Assembly (NCBI GenBank): GCA_046757665.1
Contig: JBHHYO010000018.1
Location: forward strand, 1-37,320
DNA: 37,320 nucleotides
Direction: 5' to 3'
DNA from: Nitrospinales bacterium
GTDB taxonomy: Bacteria; Nitrospinota; Nitrospinia; Nitrospinales; JAJDAT01
Under the pieces are notes generated by a model. The model made no database searches and was not told the origin of the DNA. It worked only from the letters and a program-made list of their open reading frames with translations. A program made the position numbers and the translations under genes. Shown one piece after another: positions 27,004-36,354 of the stretch. How positions within the stretch are numbered: the first letter of the stretch is position 1; each line of letters begins with the position of its first letter.

Positions 27004-27972
27004 TTATTGCAAATCGTCCTTGAGTTTTCCCCGATACCACTCGATGGTTTTCCGGATACCCGTTTCGTAGTCGATTTTCGGTTCGTATCCGAATAACTTT
27101 TTGGCTTTGGTAATGCTGGGCACGCGCACCTCGACGTCGGGATAATCTATCTCGCGCAGTTCAATTTTGGACCTGGATTCGGAGAGGTTGATGATCTTTT
27201 TTGCCAGTTCCAGGGTGGTCCCCGTGGCCTGGGGGTTGCCGATATTAAAGTGCTCGCCTACGGCATTGTCATTCTCACACACGGCCAGAACCGCGTCCAC
27301 GATGTCGCTGACATAGCACCAGGAACGGATGGAGTCGCCGTTGCCGTGGACGATGACGTTTTCATTTTTGATGGCCCTGAGGATGAAGTGATGAATCGCA
27401 CCCTCACCCACCTGCCGCGGACCGTAGACGTTGAAGGGCCGAATGGTAATGATCGGCAGGCCATGTTCCCGGTAATAACTATGGGTCAGGTATTCGCTGG
27501 CCAGCTTGCTGACCGCGTACACCCATCGGGGCTGGCTCAGGGGACCCTGGGTCGTCATGCCATCCTCCGAAGCGCGGAACACGTGCGGACCATACACCTC
27601 GCTGGTGGAGAAATCGATGAAGCGCTTGATGTCGCGGCCCGGAAGCAGGTTCAAAATATTGTAGGTGCCAATCAGGTTGACCTGAAGGGTCAGGGCGGGA
27701 TGTTTCACCACCGTCGGCACTCCGGCGATGCCGGCCAGATGAATAACATAATCGCATTTCGCCGGAAGCGCCGCCTGCAACTCCTCGACGCGCAAAATGT
27801 CCCCCTTAATAAACTTCAGGTTCGAATGGTTCATGAAGGGGGTGTACTGCAAGGCATTGCGATGGCAGTTATCGTAAACCACGACCTGGTTGTTCTCGAT
27901 CACCTGCTCGATGATCCAGGACCCGATAAACCCGGCGCCGCCGGTTATAAAAAAAGTCGATCCGGTTATCAT
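27004..27972 (-). CDS. NAD-dependent epimerase/dehydratase, UDP-glucuronate decarboxylase-like
   Basis: TGGAGFIG, STSEVYG, PRWVYAVSK (YxxxK), RPFNVYGP and FNIGNP resemble the UXS/ArnA decarboxylase subgroup. Confidence 0.85.
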   Translation of the reverse strand: MITGSTFFITGGAGFIGSWIIEQVIENNQVVVYDNCHRNALQYTPFMNHSNLKFIKGDILRVEELQAALPAKCDYVIHLAGIAGVPTVVKHPALTLQVNLIGTYNILNLLPGRDIKRFIDFSTSEVYGPHVFRASEDGMTTQGPLSQPRWVYAVSKLASEYLTHSYYREHGLPIITIRPFNVYGPRQVGEGAIHHFILRAIKNENVIVHGNGDSIRSWCYVSDIVDAVLAVCENDNAVGEHFNIGNPQATGTTLELAKKIINLSESRSKIELREIDYPDVEVRVPSITKAKKLFGYEPKIDYETGIRKTIEWYRGKLKDDLQ

Positions 27973-28016
27973 TTACTCCAAACGGATTACTCGAAATGAT
28001 TAGAATTGAAATTTGA

Positions 28017-29465
28017 TCACGATTTAACTTTCGAGACCTTGAAGTTAACATAACTTTTTGCCATCCGATACCATTCTTCATTGTCCGGAGGGTCTTCCAG
28101 GAGATATTGGGCGGCCTTTTTGCCCATTTCCATACTATCGTGCATATCGCTGTTTAAAAAAAGGCCGTGTCTTCCGGTCAATATCATGTTTTTGATTTGG
28201 GAAAATTGTTCGATCAAACGGTCGAGATTTTCCTCGAAACCCAGGGTGTACATGGGATACACGTTTCTCATCCGGATAACTTCCGTGCCGCAATGATTTT
28301 TCCGATTAATCTGCGGGATGATTTCAGCGATCTTGTCAACTTCTTTCAGCGCCAGCCGTTCCATGAAAGCATCGTCGGCAAATTGCATGGGATCGTTTTC
28401 CTCGAAACAAGTCATCTCGAACGAAAGGTGCGTTTTGTCCCTGGGAGAACACTCTGAACCAAGGTTTTTCTGTTCGCTGATTCGATTGAAACGAAACCGC
28501 GGATCCAAAAGATAAACCCAATGGCTTTCCTGGCATTGGGCCGTATTAAAAGCCATGTTTACCGTGATCAGGGAAACATATTTCAGCGAATCGCCCAACC
28601 GCGAAAACTTTTCATCGTCTGCCCCCCGCATCATGTTTGCAAGTTTGCCCAATGGGATGGTGGAAATTATTTTTTCCACGCCATAAACTTTTTCCTGTCC
28701 GTTGGAATTTGCGATGGTAATGGATTCCACCTGTCCCGATTTCACATGCACCGTTTTAACCGGAGAGTTAAGGCAAACTCTGCCGCCCAAATCCGCGATC
28801 TCCCGACTCATGGATTTCCAGATTTCGCCGATTCCTTTTTCAGGATAATAAAACTGGCTCCAGTGGGTCGCTTGCTCCTGCCCTGTAAATCCGAGCAATT
28901 TCAGGATGATGTCCCAAAGGTTCAGCTTGTGCAGTTTGCTGGAAGCCAGGGTGGCGCTGAGTTGCACGGGAGAAATCCCCCAAACCCGCTGGGTGTATTG
29001 TCCAAAACAAAGGTTGTACAAACTGTAACCAAACCTCTTGATTCCCCAGGCTTCGAAGTTGCTATCTTTAAAAGGCAATAGCGCGTAAGTGATTGTGCTG
29101 ACCAGATAGTCGAACACCATCCGCGCCGACCGGAGAGGATGCAGGGAACGTATCAGTTCATAAAACTTGAGGGGATAGCTGATGACGGAGTTTTCAACAA
29201 CGAGTTTCTGATCGATTGTTTTTCTCGCAAGCGTTCCGGGAGCCATTTTTTCAAAAAGGGTGTCTATCTCCGTGCCCTTGATGTGGTAAGCATGAGGCCC
29301 GAAATCGTAAGCAAAACCGTCTTTATAAATGGTCGCGGAAGCGCCGCCGATGAATTCTCTTTCTTCAAAAACCAAAACCGATTTGCCCTTGGAAGCCAAT
29401 TCATAGGCGGCGGTTAAACCTGCCGGACCGGCTCCCAGGACGACCCATGCTTTTTCCCGTTGCAA
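28017..29465 (-). CDS. FAD-dependent oxidoreductase (UDP-galactopyranose mutase/protoporphyrinogen oxidase-like), glycan-locus type
   Basis: LGAGPAGL, EEREFIGG, DFGPH, FYYPEKGIG, ISTIPL and GRHGLF...MHDSM. TTG start. Confidence 0.82.
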   Translation of the reverse strand: MQREKAWVVLGAGPAGLTAAYELASKGKSVLVFEEREFIGGASATIYKDGFAYDFGPHAYHIKGTEIDTLFEKMAPGTLARKTIDQKLVVENSVISYPLKFYELIRSLHPLRSARMVFDYLVSTITYALLPFKDSNFEAWGIKRFGYSLYNLCFGQYTQRVWGISPVQLSATLASSKLHKLNLWDIILKLLGFTGQEQATHWSQFYYPEKGIGEIWKSMSREIADLGGRVCLNSPVKTVHVKSGQVESITIANSNGQEKVYGVEKIISTIPLGKLANMMRGADDEKFSRLGDSLKYVSLITVNMAFNTAQCQESHWVYLLDPRFRFNRISEQKNLGSECSPRDKTHLSFEMTCFEENDPMQFADDAFMERLALKEVDKIAEIIPQINRKNHCGTEVIRMRNVYPMYTLGFEENLDRLIEQFSQIKNMILTGRHGLFLNSDMHDSMEMGKKAAQYLLEDPPDNEEWYRMAKSYVNFKVSKVKS

Positions 29466-30391
29466 TTCTTCCTCCTTTCCAGCTGGTCAATATACCACTT
29501 CAAACCCGTTTCCAAGGAAATTTCCGGGACGAAGCCAAACTCTTTTTTCATCGTATCATCCACCGTTCGAAACTCGATATATTCCGGCGCCTGGCCTTCA
29601 TGCTTTAGCTCCACCTTGCAACCGCATAACGAAGCCGCTTTTTCAACCAACTGGTTCACTGTTAACGGATCATGGCTGGCAAGGTCCAGGGTCATGCTGT
29701 CTTTGTTTGACTCGGCAATTTTTTCAAGCGCCCGGACGGTATCCTCGGCGTGCATGGCGTCGATCAAATTGAGCCCATTTCCCTTGATGGGATAATCCGC
29801 GGAAGACCTGTTTTGAAATGTTTCCAAAAGCCGCCGGAAAATCTTCCGTTCCGGTTCAAACTCTCCATAGGCGCCAAAAAATCGGATCAAATAGTATGTG
29901 TTAATGGTTTTTCGGTGACGGCTGAAAAACTCGATGTACCTTTCGGAAGCCAGCTTGGATACGGCATACGGCAATACCGGATTGAGAGCGCTCCCGGGAG
30001 TCACCGGACCTTTTAATTTATCGTAAACGGCTCCCGACGAAAAAAAGATGAATTTGCCGCACGTTATCTGCTCCAGTAAATTGATCAGGTATTTTGTGTT
30101 CATTTCCAAATCCAGAGCGGGATCGCTTGCGGATTTGGCCGGGTCCCCATTGGCCGCAAGATAGATGATTAAATCATAAAAGCCGCCGTGCACCTCAACT
30201 AATTTTCCAATATCCTCCGGAGAACCCAGATCACACGGTACCGGGGCAACGTGCTTCAGGGTTCTCTCCCGGCAGAAATCCGTCAAGTCGGTTTCATGAT
30301 AAATGGCGGTTATTTTGGAAACCGGCAAGCTCCATTTCGTCAAGATATTTTTCCCAATAAACCCGGAGGCGCCCGTTACCAGTATTCTCAT
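29414..30391 (-). CDS. NAD-dependent epimerase/dehydratase (extended SDR)
   Basis: MRILVTGASGFIG, SSGAVY, YAVSK and RFFGAYG. The 3' end overlaps the start of the FAD gene. Confidence 0.88.
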   Translation of the reverse strand: MRILVTGASGFIGKNILTKWSLPVSKITAIYHETDLTDFCRERTLKHVAPVPCDLGSPEDIGKLVEVHGGFYDLIIYLAANGDPAKSASDPALDLEMNTKYLINLLEQITCGKFIFFSSGAVYDKLKGPVTPGSALNPVLPYAVSKLASERYIEFFSRHRKTINTYYLIRFFGAYGEFEPERKIFRRLLETFQNRSSADYPIKGNGLNLIDAMHAEDTVRALEKIAESNKDSMTLDLASHDPLTVNQLVEKAASLCGCKVELKHEGQAPEYIEFRTVDDTMKKEFGFVPEISLETGLKWYIDQLERRKNCNGKKHGSSWEPVRQV

Positions 30392-30449
30392 GATTTTTGC
30401 AGTTGAATGATGAAAAACGGATTCGTGATTTGAAGCAAGTCGATAAGTT

Positions 30450-32090
30450 TTATAATACCCGGTAGATGGTATATCCGGACCCAAAGTTCCCGGGTTCATT
30501 CGGCTTAACCAGAACCTTTTTCAACCGTTCTTTTGTGTCGGGGGACACGTTCCACCAGAGCTGGTTCACCAGAATAATATAATTCACCTTGTATTTCTCA
30601 ATCAATTCCAGCACCACGTTCTTCCGGTAAAGCGGTGAAGGCATGTAAGGTAGCGTCACGGTGGCAAGCCGGCCCGGCATGGTACCGTTGTCGAAAGGAA
30701 TATGGATTGTAGGATAGCGGGTGACCAGGTGCATCTCCCAGGGAAGATTCGTCATGATGACGGGATCCTTCGGCTCCCGGGCCTTCAGCCAGTCATGGAT
30801 TTCTTCTAACACGATTTTTGACTGGTTGACTCCAAGGGCGCGGGCTTGCAAACTTCCACTGAAATAAAAAGAAAAAAAACTGCCCATCGAAACAAGGGTT
30901 AGAACAACAAGAATCGGGGCATGGAAATTACCGGGCAAGCGCGCTTTTAAATAGTTATAAACTAAATAAATACCCTCTGTAACAATCAACATGATAAAAA
31001 CGATTATACCGGATGCCGAGTTCCCGGGGGTGCTGGTAGAGGCCAGCAAGGTATAAAAGAGCAAGTAGAACAAAAGCAGAACAAATGCAGGCAGATACAC
31101 TTTTTGATTTGCAAATTTTCTTGCCCCAATGAAAAAGAAAACCAGGGAAGACAATGTGACCGCCCAAACAAACCAGTGAATATTCATATAGGGTTTTTGT
31201 AGCAACCGAACTTTTATCTGGTTCCAGCCTCCATCGATCAGGGTCTGCCACGAATAATCATAATGGTAAAAGTAAAAATTCAGGTTATGCGGGGTTCTGG
31301 CCCAGAACACATTATTAACCGCGGGTGAATAGGTTCCTCCAAAGGCCAGATAATTCCGCATATACCAGGGAAACATGCAGACCGCATAGACACCTGAAAA
31401 CACCGCGAAAAATTTGACCTTTTCACCAAGGGTATGAGGACTGAACAAAAGACAAATGAATAAAACCGGAATCAACAACTGCTGATCGCCGCGGCTAAGG
31501 ACCGCTAAAGCCGCAAGTACTCCCAACCCCATCCCATAGTAATAAAAATTTTTGGGCTTTTCCCTGACAACCAGATAGGTGCCGAATAAAAACAAAACTT
31601 GAAAAACCGCCGCATAAATATTGCTGGCGGTTTGCAGTGAGATTATCATCAGGCTGGGCGCAAACAATACCAACAAGCTTGCGATAATGGCTTTAACCCG
31701 ATTGTTGAAAATGTGCAGGGCTATCCCGTAGGCAACGACGACCAAAATCGATCCCATTAAAATCGACGGCATTTGCGCCGCCCGAAAGGACTGGCCAAAT
31801 ATTTTGTAGAATAAAAACATGACAACGGAAGCCAGTGGTTGCCAATACTCATTGCTGGGATGAAATAAGGTTTCATCGGGATTCAGCCAGTTGCCGATAT
31901 AATTTTCTACAAACCCCCTCCCCTCATACAGGTTGTTGGCCACGATCACATAGGCGGAGGGATCGCTGTGGCCCGGAAACTGAAATGGCAACCCCAAGTA
32001 CAACTTGATACCGAAAGCGGATACAAAAACCAAAAAACCGAGAAAAATATCGTAGCGGTTTCGCGAAATAATCTGCTCCATTGTTCGCAT
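30450..32090 (-). CDS. GT-C polytopic glycosyltransferase (ArnT/PMT, GT39/GT83-like)
   Basis: After TM1, DPSAYVIVANNLYEGRGF...YWQPL; also LAVLSR and PWYMRNYLAFG. Many TM helices and a C-terminal soluble domain (YKVNYII). Start is ATG 32090 or 32081. Confidence 0.8.
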   Translation of the reverse strand: MRTMEQIISRNRYDIFLGFLVFVSAFGIKLYLGLPFQFPGHSDPSAYVIVANNLYEGRGFVENYIGNWLNPDETLFHPSNEYWQPLASVVMFLFYKIFGQSFRAAQMPSILMGSILVVVAYGIALHIFNNRVKAIIASLLVLFAPSLMIISLQTASNIYAAVFQVLFLFGTYLVVREKPKNFYYYGMGLGVLAALAVLSRGDQQLLIPVLFICLLFSPHTLGEKVKFFAVFSGVYAVCMFPWYMRNYLAFGGTYSPAVNNVFWARTPHNLNFYFYHYDYSWQTLIDGGWNQIKVRLLQKPYMNIHWFVWAVTLSSLVFFFIGARKFANQKVYLPAFVLLLFYLLFYTLLASTSTPGNSASGIIVFIMLIVTEGIYLVYNYLKARLPGNFHAPILVVLTLVSMGSFFSFYFSGSLQARALGVNQSKIVLEEIHDWLKAREPKDPVIMTNLPWEMHLVTRYPTIHIPFDNGTMPGRLATVTLPYMPSPLYRKNVVLELIEKYKVNYIILVNQLWWNVSPDTKERLKKVLVKPNEPGNFGSGYTIYRVL

Positions 32091-32112
32091 CAGTTTTGGT
32101 TTCTTAAACAGG

Positions 32113-33210
32113 TTAAACAGAGGTTGATTGCCAACGGGAGATGACCTGAAGGATTCGCTGGGCGGCGCAACCGTCCCAGAGTTCCGGGCGTGATCCTTTT
32201 TTACCGCCGGCTTTAAGAATGTTGCCGGCTTCCCGCAAAATTTTCTTTTTATCGCTTCCCACAAGAACGTTTGTCCCTTGCTCGAGGGTAATCGGCCTTT
32301 CGGTGTTTTCCCGAAGGGTGAGGCAAGGGACGGCCAAAATCGTCGTTTCCTCCTGCATGCCCCCCGAATCCGTTAAGACCATTTGAGCAAAGTTCATGAG
32401 CTGAAGCATATCCAAGTATGGTTGCGGCGGGAGCAGAGTTAAGGGTTCGGTCAAATGCTCAAGATTAAATTCCCTGACCCGTTTTTCCGTGCGGGGGTGC
32501 ATGGAAAAAACCACCGGCATCTCCCCGGCCAATTCCGCAACAGCTTCCAGAATTGAGGTCAACGGTCCGACGGCATCCACATTGGAAGGGCGATGCAGGG
32601 TCATGACGGCGTAGGATTTTCGTTCCAGTTTCAGGCGGGCCAAAATGTTACTGCTCTTTTCCGCCAGGACCCGGGATTTGAGAAGGGTGTCCACCATGAC
32701 GTTGCCCACAAAATGAACTTTTTCCGAATCGATCCCTTCCGTTATTAAATTTTTCATACCGCTTTTTTCTGTAACGAACAAGAGATCGGACAACCGGTCG
32801 GTTAATATCCGGTTGATTTCCTCGGGCATGTTCCGGTCGAAAGAGCGCAGTCCCGCTTCCACGTGAAAGACGGGAATTTTGTGATAAGAGGCCACAAGAG
32901 AACAGGCGAGGGTTGAGTTTACATCGCCCACCACCAGAACGGCATCGGGTGCGTAACGATCGAGCGCGGCTTCGAATCGTTTGATAATTTCAGCGATTTG
33001 CCAGGCATTGGTTCCCGACCCAACTTCCAGATCGACCTCGGGTTTGGGGATTCCCAATTGATCGAAGAACACCCGGTTCATGTTCTCATCGTAATGCTGA
33101 CCCGTGTGCAAGAGGATGGGAGTGATATCGCCCGTTTTCAGCATCTGCTCCATAAGGGGAGCCATCTTGATAAAATTCGGTCTCGTGCCTACAATGTTCA
33201 GGATTTTCAT
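32113..33210 (-). CDS. wecB: UDP-N-acetylglucosamine 2-epimerase, non-hydrolysing (WecB/WbpI-like)
   Basis: VGTRPNFIK, HTGQHYD, GDVNSTLA, HVEAGLRS, PEEINR, TDSGGMQEE and LRENTERP. Confidence 0.94.
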   Translation of the reverse strand: MKILNIVGTRPNFIKMAPLMEQMLKTGDITPILLHTGQHYDENMNRVFFDQLGIPKPEVDLEVGSGTNAWQIAEIIKRFEAALDRYAPDAVLVVGDVNSTLACSLVASYHKIPVFHVEAGLRSFDRNMPEEINRILTDRLSDLLFVTEKSGMKNLITEGIDSEKVHFVGNVMVDTLLKSRVLAEKSSNILARLKLERKSYAVMTLHRPSNVDAVGPLTSILEAVAELAGEMPVVFSMHPRTEKRVREFNLEHLTEPLTLLPPQPYLDMLQLMNFAQMVLTDSGGMQEETTILAVPCLTLRENTERPITLEQGTNVLVGSDKKKILREAGNILKAGGKKGSRPELWDGCAAQRILQVISRWQSTSV

Positions 33211-33353
33211 TTGACGGTTTCTATGATTGGCCCAATTCAGGATAAATAATTACCCGCAAGATTATTTCCTATTCATTTTGTTAATCCAACCATGCTATTG
33301 TTTATTGGACAAAGCATATTAGACCGTTTTGACGGCTATTTAACAATTCATTT

Positions 33354-34319
33354 TTGATTAAAAAAGTGAAAACGACTTTAGTTACAGGGGGAGCCGGCGC
33401 GATAGGATCCTACCTGGTTAATGAACTTTGCAAAACCGATTCAAAAATAATTGTAATTGACGATCTTTCTTCGGGTTATCTGGAAAACTTGACGCAAGCC
33501 CCCAACCTGGAATTCATCCATGCAAGTATTCTTGATGTAAACGCGCTGGACACGGTTTTCAGCCAGGAAATCGAAACAGTCTTCCACTTGGCGGCCAACT
33601 TCGCAAACCAAAATTCGGTGGATTTTCCGGAAAAGGACCTGTTGACGAATGGTTTAGGTACTCTTCGCCTGCTGGAATACTCCCACAAAAGCAAAGTCAA
33701 ACGGTTTGTCTATACCTCTTCTTCCTGCGTGTACGGCAATCGCGGTGAAAGGTTGTCGGAAAGTTGCAAGGAGTTCAGCCTTGACACTCCCTATGGAATT
33801 ACCAAATTACTGGGAGAACGCTACGTTAACTATTTCCACGAACATCACAATTTGCCCACAACGATTGTGCGCTATTTCAACACGTACGGGCCGGGAGAAT
33901 TCCCGGGAAAGTACAGGAACGTTATTCCAAACTTTTTTTTCAACGCCATCAAGAAACAATCCCTTGTCATCACAGGCACGGGAAATGAAACTCGGGATTT
34001 TAATTTTATTGCCGATTCCGTAAATGGCACCCTCCTGGCGGCAAAAAAGGAAAATGCGGTGGGGAAAACTTACAACCTTGCTTCCGGGCGGCAAACAAAA
34101 ATCATCGATCTCGCTAACATGATTAATGAGTTGACGGGAAACCCGGCTCCTGTACAATTCGTGCAAAAAAGATCCTGGGATTCCATTGAAAAACGATGCG
34201 CTGAAATCGATTTGGCGAGAAAAGATTTAAATTATGATCCCCAGGTCAGTTTGAACGAGGGGCTTGACATCACCTACCAATGGTTGAAAAACCAAAGCCT
34301 GGACAAATACCGGCTTTAA
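33354..34319 (+). CDS. NAD-dependent epimerase/dehydratase (UDP-sugar 4-epimerase-like)
   Basis: VTGGAGAIG, IDDLSSG, SSSCVYG, YGITK, RYFNTYGP and TRDF. TTG start, or GTG at 33366. Confidence 0.88.
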   Translation: MIKKVKTTLVTGGAGAIGSYLVNELCKTDSKIIVIDDLSSGYLENLTQAPNLEFIHASILDVNALDTVFSQEIETVFHLAANFANQNSVDFPEKDLLTNGLGTLRLLEYSHKSKVKRFVYTSSSCVYGNRGERLSESCKEFSLDTPYGITKLLGERYVNYFHEHHNLPTTIVRYFNTYGPGEFPGKYRNVIPNFFFNAIKKQSLVITGTGNETRDFNFIADSVNGTLLAAKKENAVGKTYNLASGRQTKIIDLANMINELTGNPAPVQFVQKRSWDSIEKRCAEIDLARKDLNYDPQVSLNEGLDITYQWLKNQSLDKYRL

Positions 34320-34331
34320 TATAAAGCGACT

Positions 34332-35075
34332 ATGATCTATATTCTGCTTCCCGCCTACAACGAAGAAGAAGGAATAGAAAAACTTCTCGAGCGATTGATC
34401 CGAATCACCCAAACCTTTATCCAGGACTATAAAATAATCATCGTCGACGACGGAAGCACCGACCATACATTGCAGGTGATCGAATGTTTCAAGGACAAAT
34501 TAAATATTGAAATCATATCCTTCCCGGAAAACAAAGGCATTGTGGAGGTTTTCCGCGCGGGGTTCAAAAAAGTCTGCGACGAAGGCACGGATGACGATAT
34601 CTGCATCACCATGGACTCGGACAATACGCAGACTCCATATATCATTCTTGATATCGTGGAAAAAATGCGGTCTTCCTACGATATCGTTATCGCCTCCCGT
34701 TTTGCGGAGGGGGGAGAACTGATCGGCGTGACTTGGTTCCGATACATCCTCAGTTTCAGCGTGGCCTTCTTGATGGGGAGAATCGCGCGGATTCCCGGAG
34801 TAACGGACTACTCCTCTTTTTACCGGGGAATCCAGCTCAAGGTTTTAAAACGGGCGTTTGAAAAACACGGCGACGACCTGATTGCCGGCAAAGGATTTTC
34901 CGGAATGGGCGGCCTTCTGGTTAAACTCCGTCCCTTTTCCCAAAAAATCGGCGAAGTACCGCTTGTGTTAAGATACGACCTTAAACTGGGCAAATCAGGC
35001 ATCAGTATTTACAAAAGTATCGTGGGTTATCTGGAGCTTTTTAAAAAACTCCTCACGCAAAAAGGAAACCCTTGA
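34332..35075 (+). CDS. GT2 polyprenyl-phosphate glycosyltransferase (DPM1/ArnC-like)
   Basis: LLPAYNEE, VDDGSTD, TMDSD, DIVIASRF and VTDYSSFYR. Confidence 0.88.
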   Translation: MIYILLPAYNEEEGIEKLLERLIRITQTFIQDYKIIIVDDGSTDHTLQVIECFKDKLNIEIISFPENKGIVEVFRAGFKKVCDEGTDDDICITMDSDNTQTPYIILDIVEKMRSSYDIVIASRFAEGGELIGVTWFRYILSFSVAFLMGRIARIPGVTDYSSFYRGIQLKVLKRAFEKHGDDLIAGKGFSGMGGLLVKLRPFSQKIGEVPLVLRYDLKLGKSGISIYKSIVGYLELFKKLLTQKGNP

Positions 35076-35110
35076 CGCCCCCTCTGTTCCCTCGGGCCGC
35101 AAGGAAAGGA

Positions 35111-35959
35111 TCATGCCCCTAAACCACCGCCCAATTCCCTCGCATCTTTAAATTGGAACAATTCTATGAGTTGGCCCTCCGGGTCACGGACGAAGGCACA
35201 AATCAAGTTCTTTCCGTTCATATGAACTTCCATAGGATCAGAAAGAACTTCGCACTCTATTCCCTTTATTTTTTTTAATTCCCTTTCCACGCCGGACACC
35301 AGAAACGAAAGGCAGGTAAACCCCGGGTCATCCAGGAAATGAGGACGGATCAACTCCCGGGTCTCGGTCTCCCGGCTCTTTACCAAACCCAGTCTGAAAC
35401 GCCTCTTGGAAACTTTGGACTTGCATTCCAATAACCGCCAGCGGTTTGCGCGCGGCGATTCCAGCTCTTTAAAACCAAATCCTCGGCAATAAAATCGTAC
35501 TTTGGAGTCCAGGTCCTCCACGAAATGAAGAACCAGGGAGACGCCCGCTTGCAGGTTTCCTTCTTCACAGTGAAACGTAACGATGCCCTGGGAATTCACG
35601 ACTTTAATTTCCCCGCCCAGCAAGCCCTGGAATGCCCTGACTAGATGGCCCCAATGACCATCGTCTGCGGACGCAGTCCGAGGATTCGGACTCGCAAATA
35701 TTGGGAAGAGGTTTCCGGGCACGACCATTCTCGATGGCCCGGCGTGTTCGATGACTTCCACCTCACAGGAATGCGCTCCCTCGAATGACAGGTATTTCAC
35801 CCGATTTCGCAAATAGGAGTGCCGCAACAGCGCTTTTTTCTGAGGAGGAACGGGAACTTCCTGGGCGAATATTTCCCGAGCACCGAGGTTTTCTTGAAGA
35901 GCGCCAACCCGCCCCATATCCGGCACGGTCAATATGAAGTGGCTGGGATTAAGTATCAC
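35111..35959 (-). CDS. VOC (glyoxalase/bleomycin-resistance fold) family protein
   Basis: N-terminal HFILTVPDM, mid-protein HFVEDLDSKVRFYCRGFGF and C-terminal AFVRDPEGQLIELFQ. Confidence 0.72.
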   Translation of the reverse strand: MILNPSHFILTVPDMGRVGALQENLGAREIFAQEVPVPPQKKALLRHSYLRNRVKYLSFEGAHSCEVEVIEHAGPSRMVVPGNLFPIFASPNPRTASADDGHWGHLVRAFQGLLGGEIKVVNSQGIVTFHCEEGNLQAGVSLVLHFVEDLDSKVRFYCRGFGFKELESPRANRWRLLECKSKVSKRRFRLGLVKSRETETRELIRPHFLDDPGFTCLSFLVSGVERELKKIKGIECEVLSDPMEVHMNGKNLICAFVRDPEGQLIELFQFKDARELGGGLGA

Positions 35960-36042
35960 GCTTTTTCCCCCGGTAACTTCGACCGTTTCCCAACGCTCCC
36001 CGATTCAATCCGGAGCCGTCCTGGGAATGTTTGTTAAGAATT

Positions 36043-36282
36043 TCAATTGGATTTTCCCGCGGATTTTTTTTCCAGGAATTGAGCAATTTTTCCCACCGTG
36101 CCGAGGTTGTCTTCGTTGAAATCTTCCTCGTCGATTTCGATATCAAATTCCTCTTCCAGAAAAGCGACCAGTTGAACGATACCGATAGAATCCAAAAGGC
36201 CGTCTTCAATTAACAAATCGTTTTCGCCAACGTTCTGGCCGTCCATCAGGGTCAGAGAAATGAAATTCCGGATTTTTTCCAT
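36043..36282 (-). CDS. Acyl carrier protein
   Basis: Acidic 79-aa protein with the phosphopantetheine serine motif in GLLDSIGIVQLVAFLEEEFDIEI. GGAG RBS. Confidence 0.92.
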   Translation of the reverse strand: MEKIRNFISLTLMDGQNVGENDLLIEDGLLDSIGIVQLVAFLEEEFDIEIDEEDFNEDNLGTVGKIAQFLEKKSAGKSN

Positions 36283-36354
36283 GTCTTGTTGATCTCCAGG
36301 GAGCGTCCCACCGTAAAAGGCAAAAAACCGTTGGACAAAATTTCAACCCGGTCG

